Shown here piece after piece: positions 1 to 8,595 of a stretch of 64,000 nucleotides of DNA. Under the pieces are notes generated by a model. The model saw nothing but the letters and a program-made list of their open reading frames with translations. It made no database searches and was not told the origin of the DNA. The position numbers were made by a program, and so were the translations under genes. Source of the DNA: a virus. The stretch covers positions 1 through 64,000 of IMG/VR virus record IMGVR_UViG_3300042090_002405; one strand, 5' to 3'. Position 1 is the stretch's first letter. Each line of letters opens with the position of its first letter.

Positions 1-166
1 AGTAGTAGTCGTGTCGTCTCTGCGTCCGTCATCGGTTGTCTCCTTGCTCTTCCGTCGTCGGCTCGAACTCGGCGCGCATCAGAATCGTCTCTGACGCCCA
101 CGTGGTTGCTGCCCTGGCGATTACGAGACCGGGATGTCGTCGTATGAACTCAGCCTCGCGCGCATA

Positions 167-388
167 TTATTTCTCGGCCCACGCCGACAGCGACTCAGGC
201 CGATAGCAGCGCCCCCACTTCGGATCGAAGAAGACCTCCGTATCGCACCTGAAGACGGGGTCGTCCTTGATTATTAGCGGCATGGTCGCCATCCACCACC
301 AACGGCGATGGTCGCCGACCTCGCGCCTGCTTGTGCGGAGCGCTCGTCGCACCTCGCGATTCACCCTGGCCTTTCGCCGACGCTTCAT
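167..388 (-). CDS. Hypothetical basic protein
   Basis: MKRRRKARV... start within ORF 167..451, downstream of HTH gene. Confidence 0.4.
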   Translation of the reverse strand: MKRRRKARVNREVRRALRTSRREVGDHRRWWWMATMPLIIKDDPVFRCDTEVFFDPKWGRCYRPESLSAWAEK

Positions 389-410
389 CGCTTCTCCTTC
401 GCGCCCACGA

Positions 411-632
411 CTACACGCTCGATTTCGTTTCGGTCGACGTCCGTTGCTCACGTCTCCGCTGATGGTACCTGCGCATCCCTGCCGACCTCGACCTCTGCTC
501 CCCAGACTCTCGCGCTAGCAACATGACCGTCTCCCGATTCACGCCCGCGAGCCGAGCAACCTCCCGCTGCGTCTCGCCCTGAGCAAGAAGCCACACGGCT
601 AGGTCCCATTTCGCCTGCGGGAGAGTGTTCAT
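411..632 (-). CDS. Small helix-turn-helix DNA-binding protein
   Basis: LLAQGETQREVARLAGVNRETV HTH signature; ATGA overlap with upstream gene. Confidence 0.75.
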   Translation of the reverse strand: MNTLPQAKWDLAVWLLAQGETQREVARLAGVNRETVMLLARESGEQRSRSAGMRRYHQRRREQRTSTETKSSV

Positions 633-1183
633 ACACCCGAACGCAGGCCGATCGACGCAGCCTGTTCCTTCGTCAAGATAACGCTCGGCATCGGTCCGAG
701 CGGAACTACCTTCGCTTGCGGGTAGTGCCCCAAACAGTAGACACTCGGCGGCCTACAGCCGCACGCCGGACTGGCCCTGTTCTCGTTCGGGCGGCCACCC
801 CCGTCACAGTCTTCGCACCTGTACGTGTGTTCGTCGCCATCGTCGTCCGCTAGGCTGTACTCGCCTTCCCCAGCGCACGTATCGCAGACCTCGGGACCGT
901 CCCACCAGTGCTCGCAGTGCACCCCATCCTGGCGCCTGAAGCATGGCGTTGCGTCAGGACCGGAGTGGCCACACGAGCAGCACGTACCCCCTAACGGCCC
1001 CTCTCCACACGTCGGAATGCCCGGCTGAGTCACGTCGTCTCCTCCTGTACCGCGCGCACAATATCGCTCGGATCGGCATTCAACGCGCGTCCCACACGTC
1101 GCCTGGATCCCGTCAGGCACCTTCCCCTTGCACACCTTGTTCGGGTCACCCAGCTCCACCTTGCTCAGCTCGAAAGTCGTCAT
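629..1183 (-). CDS. Cys-rich protein with DnaJ-like zinc-finger motifs
   Basis: CDTCAGEG and CEDCDGGG (CxxCxGxG) plus other Cys clusters; GAGGAAGAGG RBS. Confidence 0.6.
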   Translation of the reverse strand: MTTFELSKVELGDPNKVCKGKVPDGIQATCGTRVECRSERYCARGTGGDDVTQPGIPTCGEGPLGGTCCSCGHSGPDATPCFRRQDGVHCEHWWDGPEVCDTCAGEGEYSLADDDGDEHTYRCEDCDGGGRPNENRASPACGCRPPSVYCLGHYPQAKVVPLGPMPSVILTKEQAASIGLRSGV

Positions 1184-1221
1184 GGCTCGTCCTCTTCCTC
1201 TCGTTCACTGTGGCTCGTCGC

Positions 1222-1650
1222 TCAACCACCTAGTTCCTCGTCACCGTCGATGTCGTCGGGCTCCTGACTCGCCTCGATGCCGAGCGCGTGAGCTTGGTCA
1301 ACCCAGAGCGCCTTGCCGTCGATCGTCCTACCCCAGAGCCAGTAGGATCCGGGCGTCGACGACGTGTGCTCCCACCCACGCGACCGTAGGAACGCGTCCA
1401 CCCGGAAGCTCAGTTGCTCACCCTGCCACTTCGCCTCCGCCACGCTCCCAATCGCGCCAGCGTCGGACCACTCCAGCACGGTCTTCTTTTTTGCCACCGC
1501 TCGCGGATCGATCACGTCATCGGCGGCGTAGTTGCCGGACTGCGCCTTCGCCGCGTCCCATGCCCGTCGCGCGAGCGCTTTCGCCTCGGTCTCACTGCTC
1601 ACCGAGCCGAGGTCGTGCAGTATGCGATTCCACCACTTCTCGAAGTCCAT
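1222..1650 (-). CDS. Hypothetical protein (5' end duplicated at 7640-7718)
   Basis: 142-aa ORF in the minus-strand gene run. Confidence 0.65.
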   Translation of the reverse strand: MDFEKWWNRILHDLGSVSSETEAKALARRAWDAAKAQSGNYAADDVIDPRAVAKKKTVLEWSDAGAIGSVAEAKWQGEQLSFRVDAFLRSRGWEHTSSTPGSYWLWGRTIDGKALWVDQAHALGIEASQEPDDIDGDEELGG

Positions 1651-1657
1651 TGCCTTC
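1579..1657. repeat. 79-bp direct repeat, copy 1
   Basis: Identical to 7640-7718 (tttcgcctcggtctcactg...ccattgccttc). Confidence 0.95.
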
Positions 1658-1892
1658 GCGCCTTCGCGCGCACGACTACGCGCCTGATCCTTCTTCGCTC
1701 AACGACTCACCGCGCCGCCTCTTCGAGCGCGTCGGTCGCCTCATGCTGACTCTTCATGCGGACCACGCACGGACGGAGACGGAAGCGACGCATGGCGCCG
1801 CAGGCGCGGCACGTGTTGTCGTGGTCCCAGTCGTGCGTGTCGTCGTGCTTCCCCATCGCGTCTCCCTCGCCCATTCGTGTCCAGCGCGCATG

Positions 1893-2780
1893 TTATTGCG
1901 AACTCGCAGCGGTGGCGCTCGCACGAAGTGCGGACTGTAAGCGCGCCTTGAAGACCTCGGCCGTCTTCTTCCCAATGGCGGCCCTTGCCTCACGGCTGTC
2001 CACGATCTCTCCCGCGCCCTCGCGCATGACATCCTCGGTCATGGCGGCGATGACGTCTCGCATTCGTTCGATGCCTGCGTTCGGATCGAGCTTGTCGAGG
2101 ACGTGGGCAAGGCGTGTCGGCGTGACCCACTCGTCGGCAATCTCGGTCGCTCGCGTGAGCACTTGGAGCTTGTCCGGGTCGACCACCTTGCGCGGCGACG
2201 CCGTCTCGCGCTCATCATCCCTCTTGTGTTTCGCGATGATACGGCCGCCGCCGTTGTCCTTCAGTTCGATGAGCGGACGCAGCACCACGCCCTCACGCGG
2301 CTTGTCACTATCGACGACGCCGTTGCGCTTCGCCTGTTCGCTCGGCGCATCACGCTCCGCGTCGAGCGCTACTAGGTCCGTCGAGACCTTGGCGTAGTGC
2401 ACGAACTCCAAGCCGAGCTTAGTCGCGACGTCATGAGCCTGCGGGACTGCCAGAAAGATGCCACCGATCTCGACCTCGAACGCGACGAAGCGAAGCGACT
2501 CCCCGTAGCGCCACTTCTGACCCTGCTGGCTACCGCCGTACGCCTCGCCGTAGACGATGACGCCGTCATGCCCGAGAGCCGCGAACAACTCCCGCAGCTT
2601 CAGCTCGTCGAACAGCTTCGCGAATCGATCGTGCTTCTCCCCGCCAGACGAGAAGTGAACGCCGTTGTCGCGCCACGCAACATGGGCGCTCGTGCCGTGG
2701 ATCTTCTCCAGCGCGAAGCATTCGCGGAACATGAGGATCCGCTGGTCCTTGTACAGGTTGTTGATGTGCATGTAGCCCAC
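1893..2780 (-). CDS. RNA ligase, Rnl2-like nucleotidyltransferase
   Basis: Motif I EKIHGTS, motif III YGE, IIIa FVAFEV, motif IV EGVVLRP, motif V IAKHK; GGGAGGT RBS. Confidence 0.85.
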   Translation of the reverse strand: MGYMHINNLYKDQRILMFRECFALEKIHGTSAHVAWRDNGVHFSSGGEKHDRFAKLFDELKLRELFAALGHDGVIVYGEAYGGSQQGQKWRYGESLRFVAFEVEIGGIFLAVPQAHDVATKLGLEFVHYAKVSTDLVALDAERDAPSEQAKRNGVVDSDKPREGVVLRPLIELKDNGGGRIIAKHKRDDERETASPRKVVDPDKLQVLTRATEIADEWVTPTRLAHVLDKLDPNAGIERMRDVIAAMTEDVMREGAGEIVDSREARAAIGKKTAEVFKARLQSALRASATAASSQ

Positions 2781-2829
2781 GAGCCGTTACCTCCCTTCGT
2801 TTCCGTTTGCTGGCGCATCTAAGCGCGCA

Positions 2830-3012
2830 TCACTGCGCCCGGATCCTTGCGTTCACGCCCACATCATCCCAGAAACGCCACTGGATGTTCCGGTCGGTGA
2901 CGCACCGGCAAACGATTGCCAGCACGTCCAGCGCCTCATCGAACGGCAACGCCTTAAGGTAGTAGAGGATGCGAGCCGCGACCTCCAAGTGGAGCCCGTA
3001 CCGGACGGTCAT
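2830..3012 (-). CDS. Hypothetical protein
   Basis: MTVRYGLH... ATGA-coupled to the stop of the recombinase fragment. Confidence 0.55.
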   Translation of the reverse strand: MTVRYGLHLEVAARILYYLKALPFDEALDVLAIVCRCVTDRNIQWRFWDDVGVNARIRAQ

Positions 3013-3230
3013 CGCTTCTTCTCCGGCTCGTCGTCGCTGAGCCCCTCGGTCGGATTGTCCTGCCATACCGTCGCCGGGCGGATATACATCATCGCCGTCC
3101 GCTGATCCTTCCAGCGCCCCTGCCGCATGATCTGCGGCAACGTCCGCGTAGGCCCCGTGCCCGCCCGCAAGACCGGACAGACCGCCATGATCCGTCGATT
3201 GGATAAGTTTTTCTTTCTCGTCGTCGGCAT
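3009..3230 (-). pseudogene. Truncated paralogue of the C-terminus of recombinase 8949-9989
   Basis: TLPQIMRQGRWKDQRTAMMYIRPATVWQDN vs TLPKIMRQGRWKDQRTAMMYIRPATVWEDN; own GGAG + ATG. Confidence 0.8.
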
Positions 3231-3450
3231 GTGCGTCTCCTGACCCCCCAAGTCCGCCCCCCACGCGCTTGGCGAGGGTCTCCCACGCGGCGAGGTCCAC
3301 GCACGGGACCCAACGGGCGGGGGGCGGGCTTGGAGGGTCACGTGTCTCGTTGCCGCGGGCTCAGCTCCGCGGGCTCAGCTCCACCAGAAAAGCTGCTTTG
3401 ATCTTCTCGCCCAGCTCAGCATCCTTGGCGATGTCCTCCGACGGTTTCGT

Positions 3451-3630
3451 CTAGGCTTCCTCCGCCTCGCCTTCCGTCTCGCCCTCCTCTCCCTCGCGCC
3501 GCTCCACGTACGCCTTGAGCGCGTGCCCGACGCGCGCGACTGCGACGCACGCCCCGAGCGCGTAACGCGCCAGGGTCAAACGAAACGTGTAAGCCACCAC
3601 CAAAACCACGATGACGTTGCCGGTAATCAT
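3451..3630 (-). CDS. Small membrane protein with acidic tail
   Basis: AAGGAGG RBS, hydrophobic N-terminus. Confidence 0.6.
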   Translation of the reverse strand: MITGNVIVVLVVAYTFRLTLARYALGACVAVARVGHALKAYVERREGEEGETEGEAEEA

Positions 3631-3688
3631 CTCGATTCCTCCTTTTGAAACCACGTCCAATGGGGCCCGGACGTCGACTCTTGCCGGT

Positions 3689-4609
3689 CTACTTCGCCTC
3701 GTTCGCCGCGTCCGCATCCGCCGCGAGCACCGCGACCGCAACCGCGGCTTGCGCGTTCTCTACCCCCGCACGGATCGCGTCGAGTTTGTCCCCCAAAAGC
3801 CCGGCGTAGCGATCTAGCCTCGCGAGCAAGTCTCGGCACTTCGTCTCGCGCGCCTCAAGCGCGCGCTTGCCGCGCCCTTCCGTAATCGTTTCGTTGACCT
3901 CTTGCACGGCGGTATCCGTGTCGTGCACGAGTGCCGAGAGAACCACCCTAAGGCTCCCTTCCGTCGAAGCCATGGGCGCGGCGTGCACTTCAAACTTGCC
4001 CCCCGTCACCCGCTGGACTGCGTTGACGAGCTTGGCGAACCGCGGGGCGCTTTCCGGTGGGAGGTAGTAGACGCCTCCCTTGATTGCGATGCCGCCTAGG
4101 CCGTCGACCTTCGCGGTAAACCAAGAGCTAATGTCCTCGTTCGTGAGCACGTCCTCTGCCGCGTGAAACGCCGCGCGAAGCTCTGAAACGATGTCCGGCC
4201 GTCCGTCGAACGATCCGGCCCGCGCCGTCGCGACGATGGGCGAGACGCGCGCGCCCATGCCCCCGCCGATCGAATGATTCACGTACGCGCCTTGGACGAG
4301 CTCCCACCCCTGCGTTCCCCGCTTGGCGCCTTCGATATTGCGGCGCGACACACACGAGAAGTCATGATCCGCCGCGACCTTTGCCGCGGCCCGCGCCGTG
4401 CGAAGGACCGTCGACGGGGCCTCCGGCGGGACGGCGCTAGAGCCCTCCGTCACAAGCGCACTCGTCAAGTCGGAGAGCGAAACGTCACCCCCCGGGGTTG
4501 CGAGGATATAAACGATCGCGCCCACCCCCTTTTCGCCGATCGCGTCGGCTTTGATCTCACCGTAGATCTTGCTGCCGATGTCCCGAACGTTGCTCACCAT
4601 CGCCACCAT
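3689..4609 (-). CDS. Hypothetical protein with C-terminal coiled coil (DUF3150/DUF6744-like, AAA-VWA associated)
   Basis: GGVYYLP motif, helical C-terminus, position downstream of AAA/VWA pair. Confidence 0.6.
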   Translation of the reverse strand: MVAMVSNVRDIGSKIYGEIKADAIGEKGVGAIVYILATPGGDVSLSDLTSALVTEGSSAVPPEAPSTVLRTARAAAKVAADHDFSCVSRRNIEGAKRGTQGWELVQGAYVNHSIGGGMGARVSPIVATARAGSFDGRPDIVSELRAAFHAAEDVLTNEDISSWFTAKVDGLGGIAIKGGVYYLPPESAPRFAKLVNAVQRVTGGKFEVHAAPMASTEGSLRVVLSALVHDTDTAVQEVNETITEGRGKRALEARETKCRDLLARLDRYAGLLGDKLDAIRAGVENAQAAVAVAVLAADADAANEAK

Positions 4610-4663
4610 GGGAATCTCTCTTTCTGACCCCGCCAAGGGCCGCTATTTACCTACTCTGCTTCG

Positions 4664-5845
4664 CTAGTACGCCTGAATCACTTCGGCCCACGTGGGGGGC
4701 CGTCCGCAGTAGGAAGGTTCCCGCGTGAGGACCACGATCACCGGGCACGCGGGCTCTTCGTTGGGCCACCCCGTCTCCCCGTCCGTAACGACCACGATCG
4801 CGTCGGGGGACGTCTCTTCTGCCCGGGCGATTCCAGCTACCATGTTCGTACCTCCCCCGCCGCGGAGGTAGTCCCGAAGATCGTCCACGTGCCGCACGTC
4901 CACGACGTCACCTGCCTCGGCATCACACGCCACGGCTTGCACGTGGCCCAACGCTAGGCACGCGTCGACTACGACCGCGAGGGCCGTACCGATGTCCCCC
5001 CCGCGCATGCTTCCCGAGGTATCCAAGACGAGCGAGACGCGCGGGACGGGCGCGCGGTAAACCGGCAGAATCATCGCACAACCCATGCCGCGCCGTGACG
5101 GGCGCGCGTAGCTCGGGGTCGGGCCGCGCTTGGCTTGCGTCGCATAGACGATCCGAGCCTGCACCATGGCACGCCAGTCGATCGTGGGCGCATCTCCCAT
5201 GCTCTCGGCCCAACGGAGCATGCCCGCTCCTACGCTTCCAGGCTTCGTTTTGGCAGCTTCGATCGTGGCTTGCGCGACCGCGACGCGTACCAGGTCCCCC
5301 TCCCCCTCGGAAAGGCCCGGGGGACCGCCGAGCCCCGCGGCCGGAAGCTCGCTTTCCGCGTCGTGCGGTGCGCCAGCGCCTGATCCGCCCGAGCATCCTG
5401 GCTCGGGACCCTTGCGAGGGTTGGAAGGTTGCGAGTAATACTCTTCGGCCGCGAGGCTCGGCGCCCACCCAAACGTCGCGGCGCGCACGCCGCACGAGGG
5501 CAGCTTGAGGACCTTCACTTCGTCGATCCGCGCGTTGATCTCACAGTCGCCCGAGCAATTCCAGCGCGGGTGATCGTCGGCGCCGATCGTCTTGGCGCGC
5601 GGACCGTGGCGTAGGATCTGGTGAAGCGCCTCGTGCACGAGAGCCGCGGGAAGACTCCCATCCGCGGCGCACTTGACCGCGAACGTGGGGTTGACCAGGA
5701 CGCGCCACTTGCTGTCTATCGCGAACGTCTCGACGTCGGACGATTCGACGTAGGAGCATGCCCAAAGACCCCGCGCGAGATAGGGGACGCTACGCGACGC
5801 CTGGAAGCGCGCCAGCGAGAGCAAGTCAGCGAGCTGGGGAGTCAT
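4664..5845 (-). CDS. Putative metallopeptidase plus VWA-like domain protein (DUF2201-type)
   Basis: HEALH (HExxH) with downstream DCEIN; MIDAS DTSGSM, GGGGT, VVVTDG; ATGA overlap with AAA gene. Confidence 0.85.
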   Translation of the reverse strand: MTPQLADLLSLARFQASRSVPYLARGLWACSYVESSDVETFAIDSKWRVLVNPTFAVKCAADGSLPAALVHEALHQILRHGPRAKTIGADDHPRWNCSGDCEINARIDEVKVLKLPSCGVRAATFGWAPSLAAEEYYSQPSNPRKGPEPGCSGGSGAGAPHDAESELPAAGLGGPPGLSEGEGDLVRVAVAQATIEAAKTKPGSVGAGMLRWAESMGDAPTIDWRAMVQARIVYATQAKRGPTPSYARPSRRGMGCAMILPVYRAPVPRVSLVLDTSGSMRGGDIGTALAVVVDACLALGHVQAVACDAEAGDVVDVRHVDDLRDYLRGGGGTNMVAGIARAEETSPDAIVVVTDGETGWPNEEPACPVIVVLTREPSYCGRPPTWAEVIQAY

Positions 5846-6948
5846 CGCGCACCAGCGAGAAGCTTGGCGATGCGCGGGGGCATGACTGTGTGAGCTGGCG
5901 CCAGCTTGACGCCGGAAGGCGCTTGCTTGGGCAGCATGACTAGTTGCTGCGCGGCGAACATGGCGGCATCCGCCTGGCTCGCATCGCTGGCGACCGTCAC
6001 GAGAGCCCACGCGGCGCGCCAACGCGCATCCGTGAGATCACGCGACACCGCGGCAAAGACCATGGCGAAGGCTGCGATCGTCTTGTCCACGCGGCCGACG
6101 GGAACCTTCCAGGCGCTGGGGTTGGACAAGAGGACTTCGGGATCGATCTCGGCATCCGCGACGAACGCCAGGAATTCGACCGCCGGGCCCATGCCCACGC
6201 ATCCGCCCACGAGAGCCATGGTGTCTTCCACGTCGTATCCCAGCGAGCGCGCGACCGCGTACAGACGGATCGCGTGATCCCACGAGCGAGGGGACGGCCA
6301 GGCACGTCCGGCCGACACCGGATCCGTCGGCTCCTTCGAGAGAGTCTCTGGACGGCGGCGCACGAAAGCACTCGCCAGTGCCAGGGCCTTGCTCGTCTCG
6401 CTGGCGAGCGTGGACGCGTCAGGGTTGTCCAGGCTTGACCCGTCCGACGGCCAACCGTTGATCAACGCGTTCGCGTACGCTTCGGAATCGCTCGCCACGT
6501 CCAGGTGGCAGAAGCGGTTAGCCGCGGCCGACTCAAGCGAGCGTGCCGCTTGCCCCCGCGAAGGAGGGTTGCAGGCGATGACAACGGCCACGTGCGCGGG
6601 CGCCGCGTCGATAATGTCCAGGCTCGCGCCTTCCACTTCGCGCGTGCTCCGGTTGAATTCGTCCAGGAAGAGCACACCGAGCCGCTTGGACGCGAGGTAT
6701 GCATCCGCCAGGCGCTGGACTTCGGGCATGGTCAGGACCTTGATCTGACCGTCGATCGCCAGGCGAGGCTTGACGTCGATCGGCTCGAAACGCGAGAGCA
6801 GGCAACGCTCGATCGCGCGGTCCGTCGCCTTCGCGTAGGACAGCACGCGGGCGGTCTTGCCTCCCCCAGGGGCCCCCCAGATTGCGGCGGGCACGTGGGC
6901 GAGGATGCAGGCGTGCAGCCTGCGAACGATCGGATCGGCGTGGCTCAT
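5842..6948 (-). CDS. MoxR/dynein-related AAA+ ATPase
   Basis: Walker A GAPGGGKT, Walker B LFLDEFN, sensor ACNP, NRF, SPRSW. Confidence 0.88.
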   Translation of the reverse strand: MSHADPIVRRLHACILAHVPAAIWGAPGGGKTARVLSYAKATDRAIERCLLSRFEPIDVKPRLAIDGQIKVLTMPEVQRLADAYLASKRLGVLFLDEFNRSTREVEGASLDIIDAAPAHVAVVIACNPPSRGQAARSLESAAANRFCHLDVASDSEAYANALINGWPSDGSSLDNPDASTLASETSKALALASAFVRRRPETLSKEPTDPVSAGRAWPSPRSWDHAIRLYAVARSLGYDVEDTMALVGGCVGMGPAVEFLAFVADAEIDPEVLLSNPSAWKVPVGRVDKTIAAFAMVFAAVSRDLTDARWRAAWALVTVASDASQADAAMFAAQQLVMLPKQAPSGVKLAPAHTVMPPRIAKLLAGAR

Positions 6949-7073
6949 GATAGGCCCCCCGTCCAAAGCCCTTCCACCAAGGCCCCCAAGATGGTCCGGG
7001 CGAACGCATTCGCCCGGATCATGTCGGGGAAGGCCCGTAGGAAGGCCCCCTCCAAAGAAACGACGTAAACCAT
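6945..7073 (-). CDS. Small hypothetical protein, first gene of AAA operon
   Basis: GAAGGAGGAGAGG RBS, ATGA overlap with AAA gene. Confidence 0.5.
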   Translation of the reverse strand: MVYVVSLEGAFLRAFPDMIRANAFARTILGALVEGLWTGGLS

Positions 7074-7138
7074 TGACCTCTCCTCCTTCGGCCCCCGCCA
7101 AGGGGCCCGCGTCCCTTGCGGGGCGCACAAGGGTATAT

Positions 7139-7154
7139 AGCAGCGGGCGTGCCA
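7139..7154 (-). promoter_or_regulatory. Sigma54 (-24/-12) promoter for the AAA-VWA operon
   Basis: TGGCACGCCCGCTGCT vs consensus TGGCACG-N4-TTGCW: correct spacing, one mismatch. Confidence 0.6.
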
Positions 7155-7234
7155 GCATATACACCACCTATATACGTGCACTTACAGCTCATCCGTAACG
7201 CCCCCTAGGGCGCAGGGGTCGCGGTGTTGCGAAA

Positions 7235-7273
7235 GGTATACACCCCTAGTAGCAAACGGTATACACCACTAGT
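7235..7273. promoter_or_regulatory. Two 16-bp direct repeats, putative operator/enhancer sites
   Basis: ggtatacacccctagt (7235-7250) and ggtatacaccactagt (7258-7273). Confidence 0.6.
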
Positions 7274-7298
7274 GCGTACGGCCCCCCGCGCTGCGCCC

Positions 7299-7604
7299 CT
7301 ATCGTGGGGCCGGTTGCGCCCCCCGCCGAAGGGGCCCTTTAGGGGCCGCGTGAACGCCCGTGGCCCCGTTCCCGGGCACGCGCTCCTCGGCGGGGTTAGG
7401 GGCCCGATCTAGCCGTGGCCCCTCTTCTTCGAGGGCCCTAACGAGCCCCACCAAGGTCACGCGCGCGAGCCCCAAACGCTCGGCCGCTTCGGCGAACGTG
7501 GCTCTCCCAGCGAAGGCTTTTTCGATGCGTCTACGCCACGCGGCGGGGTCTTTCTTGCGGAGGGTGCGGAGGTCTTGTGCGGCTTGCGAGGGGGTACCGG
7601 GCAT
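7299..7604 (-). CDS. Stand-alone Fis-like HTH protein
   Basis: IEKAFAGRATFAEAAERLGLARVTL resembles the Fis/HTH_8 motif. Confidence 0.65.
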   Translation of the reverse strand: MPGTPSQAAQDLRTLRKKDPAAWRRRIEKAFAGRATFAEAAERLGLARVTLVGLVRALEEEGPRLDRAPNPAEERVPGNGATGVHAAPKGPLRRGAQPAPR

Positions 7605-7639
7605 GCACTGGGCCTAAGCACGCGGCGTGCTAGCGCACG

Positions 7640-7718
7640 TTTCGCCTCGGTCTCACTGCTCACCGAGCCGAGGTCGTGCAGTATGCGATTCCACCACTTC
7701 TCGAAGTCCATTGCCTTC
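7640..7718. repeat. 79-bp direct repeat, copy 2 (truncated gene start)
   Basis: Identical to 1579-1657; encodes MDFEKWWNRILHDLGSVSSETEAK then diverges. Confidence 0.95.
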
Positions 7719-7849
7719 TCCTTGCGCGCCTTCGCGCGCGGTCATCTGCATGTTCACGGCGCAGCAGAAACAACCAACCTGGGTGGTTGGCGTCGCAGGC
7801 TGACATGCTCGCCGATGACTGGTCGACGGTGGACGAGTGAGCGAGTCTT

Positions 7850-8099
7850 GCTGGAGCCCGCCCCAACGCCTCACGCTCGCGAGCGCCGAGGCGAAGCACC
7901 CGCCGTCGTCCCCGAGTTTCCGCTTCACCTTAGCGCTCGGACCTCCGCCCCAATACCGCCCCCACCTCTCACACGGAGGGTGCGCGACCACGGGGTGCGG
8001 ACCACGGTACTGCCTGGCGTCGCGTTCCACATCCCAGGGGTCGACTCCGGGTAAGTCGTAGTAGCTCCCGCCCTTCGCGACGAAGAGCGCGGCCACCAT
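7850..8099 (-). pseudogene. 5' fragment of a phage DNA-cytosine-methylase-like gene
   Basis: VAALFV...DPWDVERDARQYRGPHPVVAHPPC motif; protein-like sequence degenerates after VRRWGG. Confidence 0.5.
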
Positions 8100-8206
8100 C
8101 GGTGGGTCAGCGTTCGCGCGCAGTTCATCCCTCAAGTTTCGTTCTACGCACGTCTTGCACCGGCGGTCACCATTGACTCGAACTTGAGGGATCTGGGGGC
8201 TTCTCG

Positions 8207-8518
8207 TTACAACATCGCAAGGGCGTCCCGCTCGGCCTCGTCCAGGACCGCCATGGCCTTCGAGTAGCCAAGGATGGCCGCGACAGCCTTCAAGAGCTGC
8301 TCGGGGCTTCGAGCCTGTCGTCCGGTGGGACGCCCAGGGCCATGCTTCTTGGGCCCCGTTGCGTTTTTTCGGGCCGCTGCCCTCATTCGGGCCGTTGCCC
8401 TCACGGAATAGACGTAATTGTCGTCGTAGAAGATGTTCGCCTTAGCTCCCTTTGCCACGACGTCTTTGGCGGGCATTGTGAGGGGTAGATCAAGGATGAA
8501 CTTGCTCTTTGTGCTCAT
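8207..8518 (-). CDS. Hypothetical basic protein
   Basis: AAGGAA RBS before MSTKSKFIL; alternative start at 8551. Confidence 0.6.
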   Translation of the reverse strand: MSTKSKFILDLPLTMPAKDVVAKGAKANIFYDDNYVYSVRATARMRAAARKNATGPKKHGPGRPTGRQARSPEQLLKAVAAILGYSKAMAVLDEAERDALAML

Positions 8519-8595
8519 GATCGGTTCCTTTCTTTTCGTTTCCTTTTCCATCGTGTTTCCTTGTCCAGCGCGCAGTGTTGTAGACGTCTTCACGA

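Noticed and set aside
30-169. Reading frame continues about 45 codons past the TAA of ORF 167..388 (possible premature stop)
   Set aside because: No homology evidence available; could be chance in GC-rich DNA.
7616-7633. Second sigma54-like element (TAGCACGCCGCGTGCT) upstream of the Fis-HTH gene
   Set aside because: The invariant -24 GG is missing; it may only be a palindromic operator.
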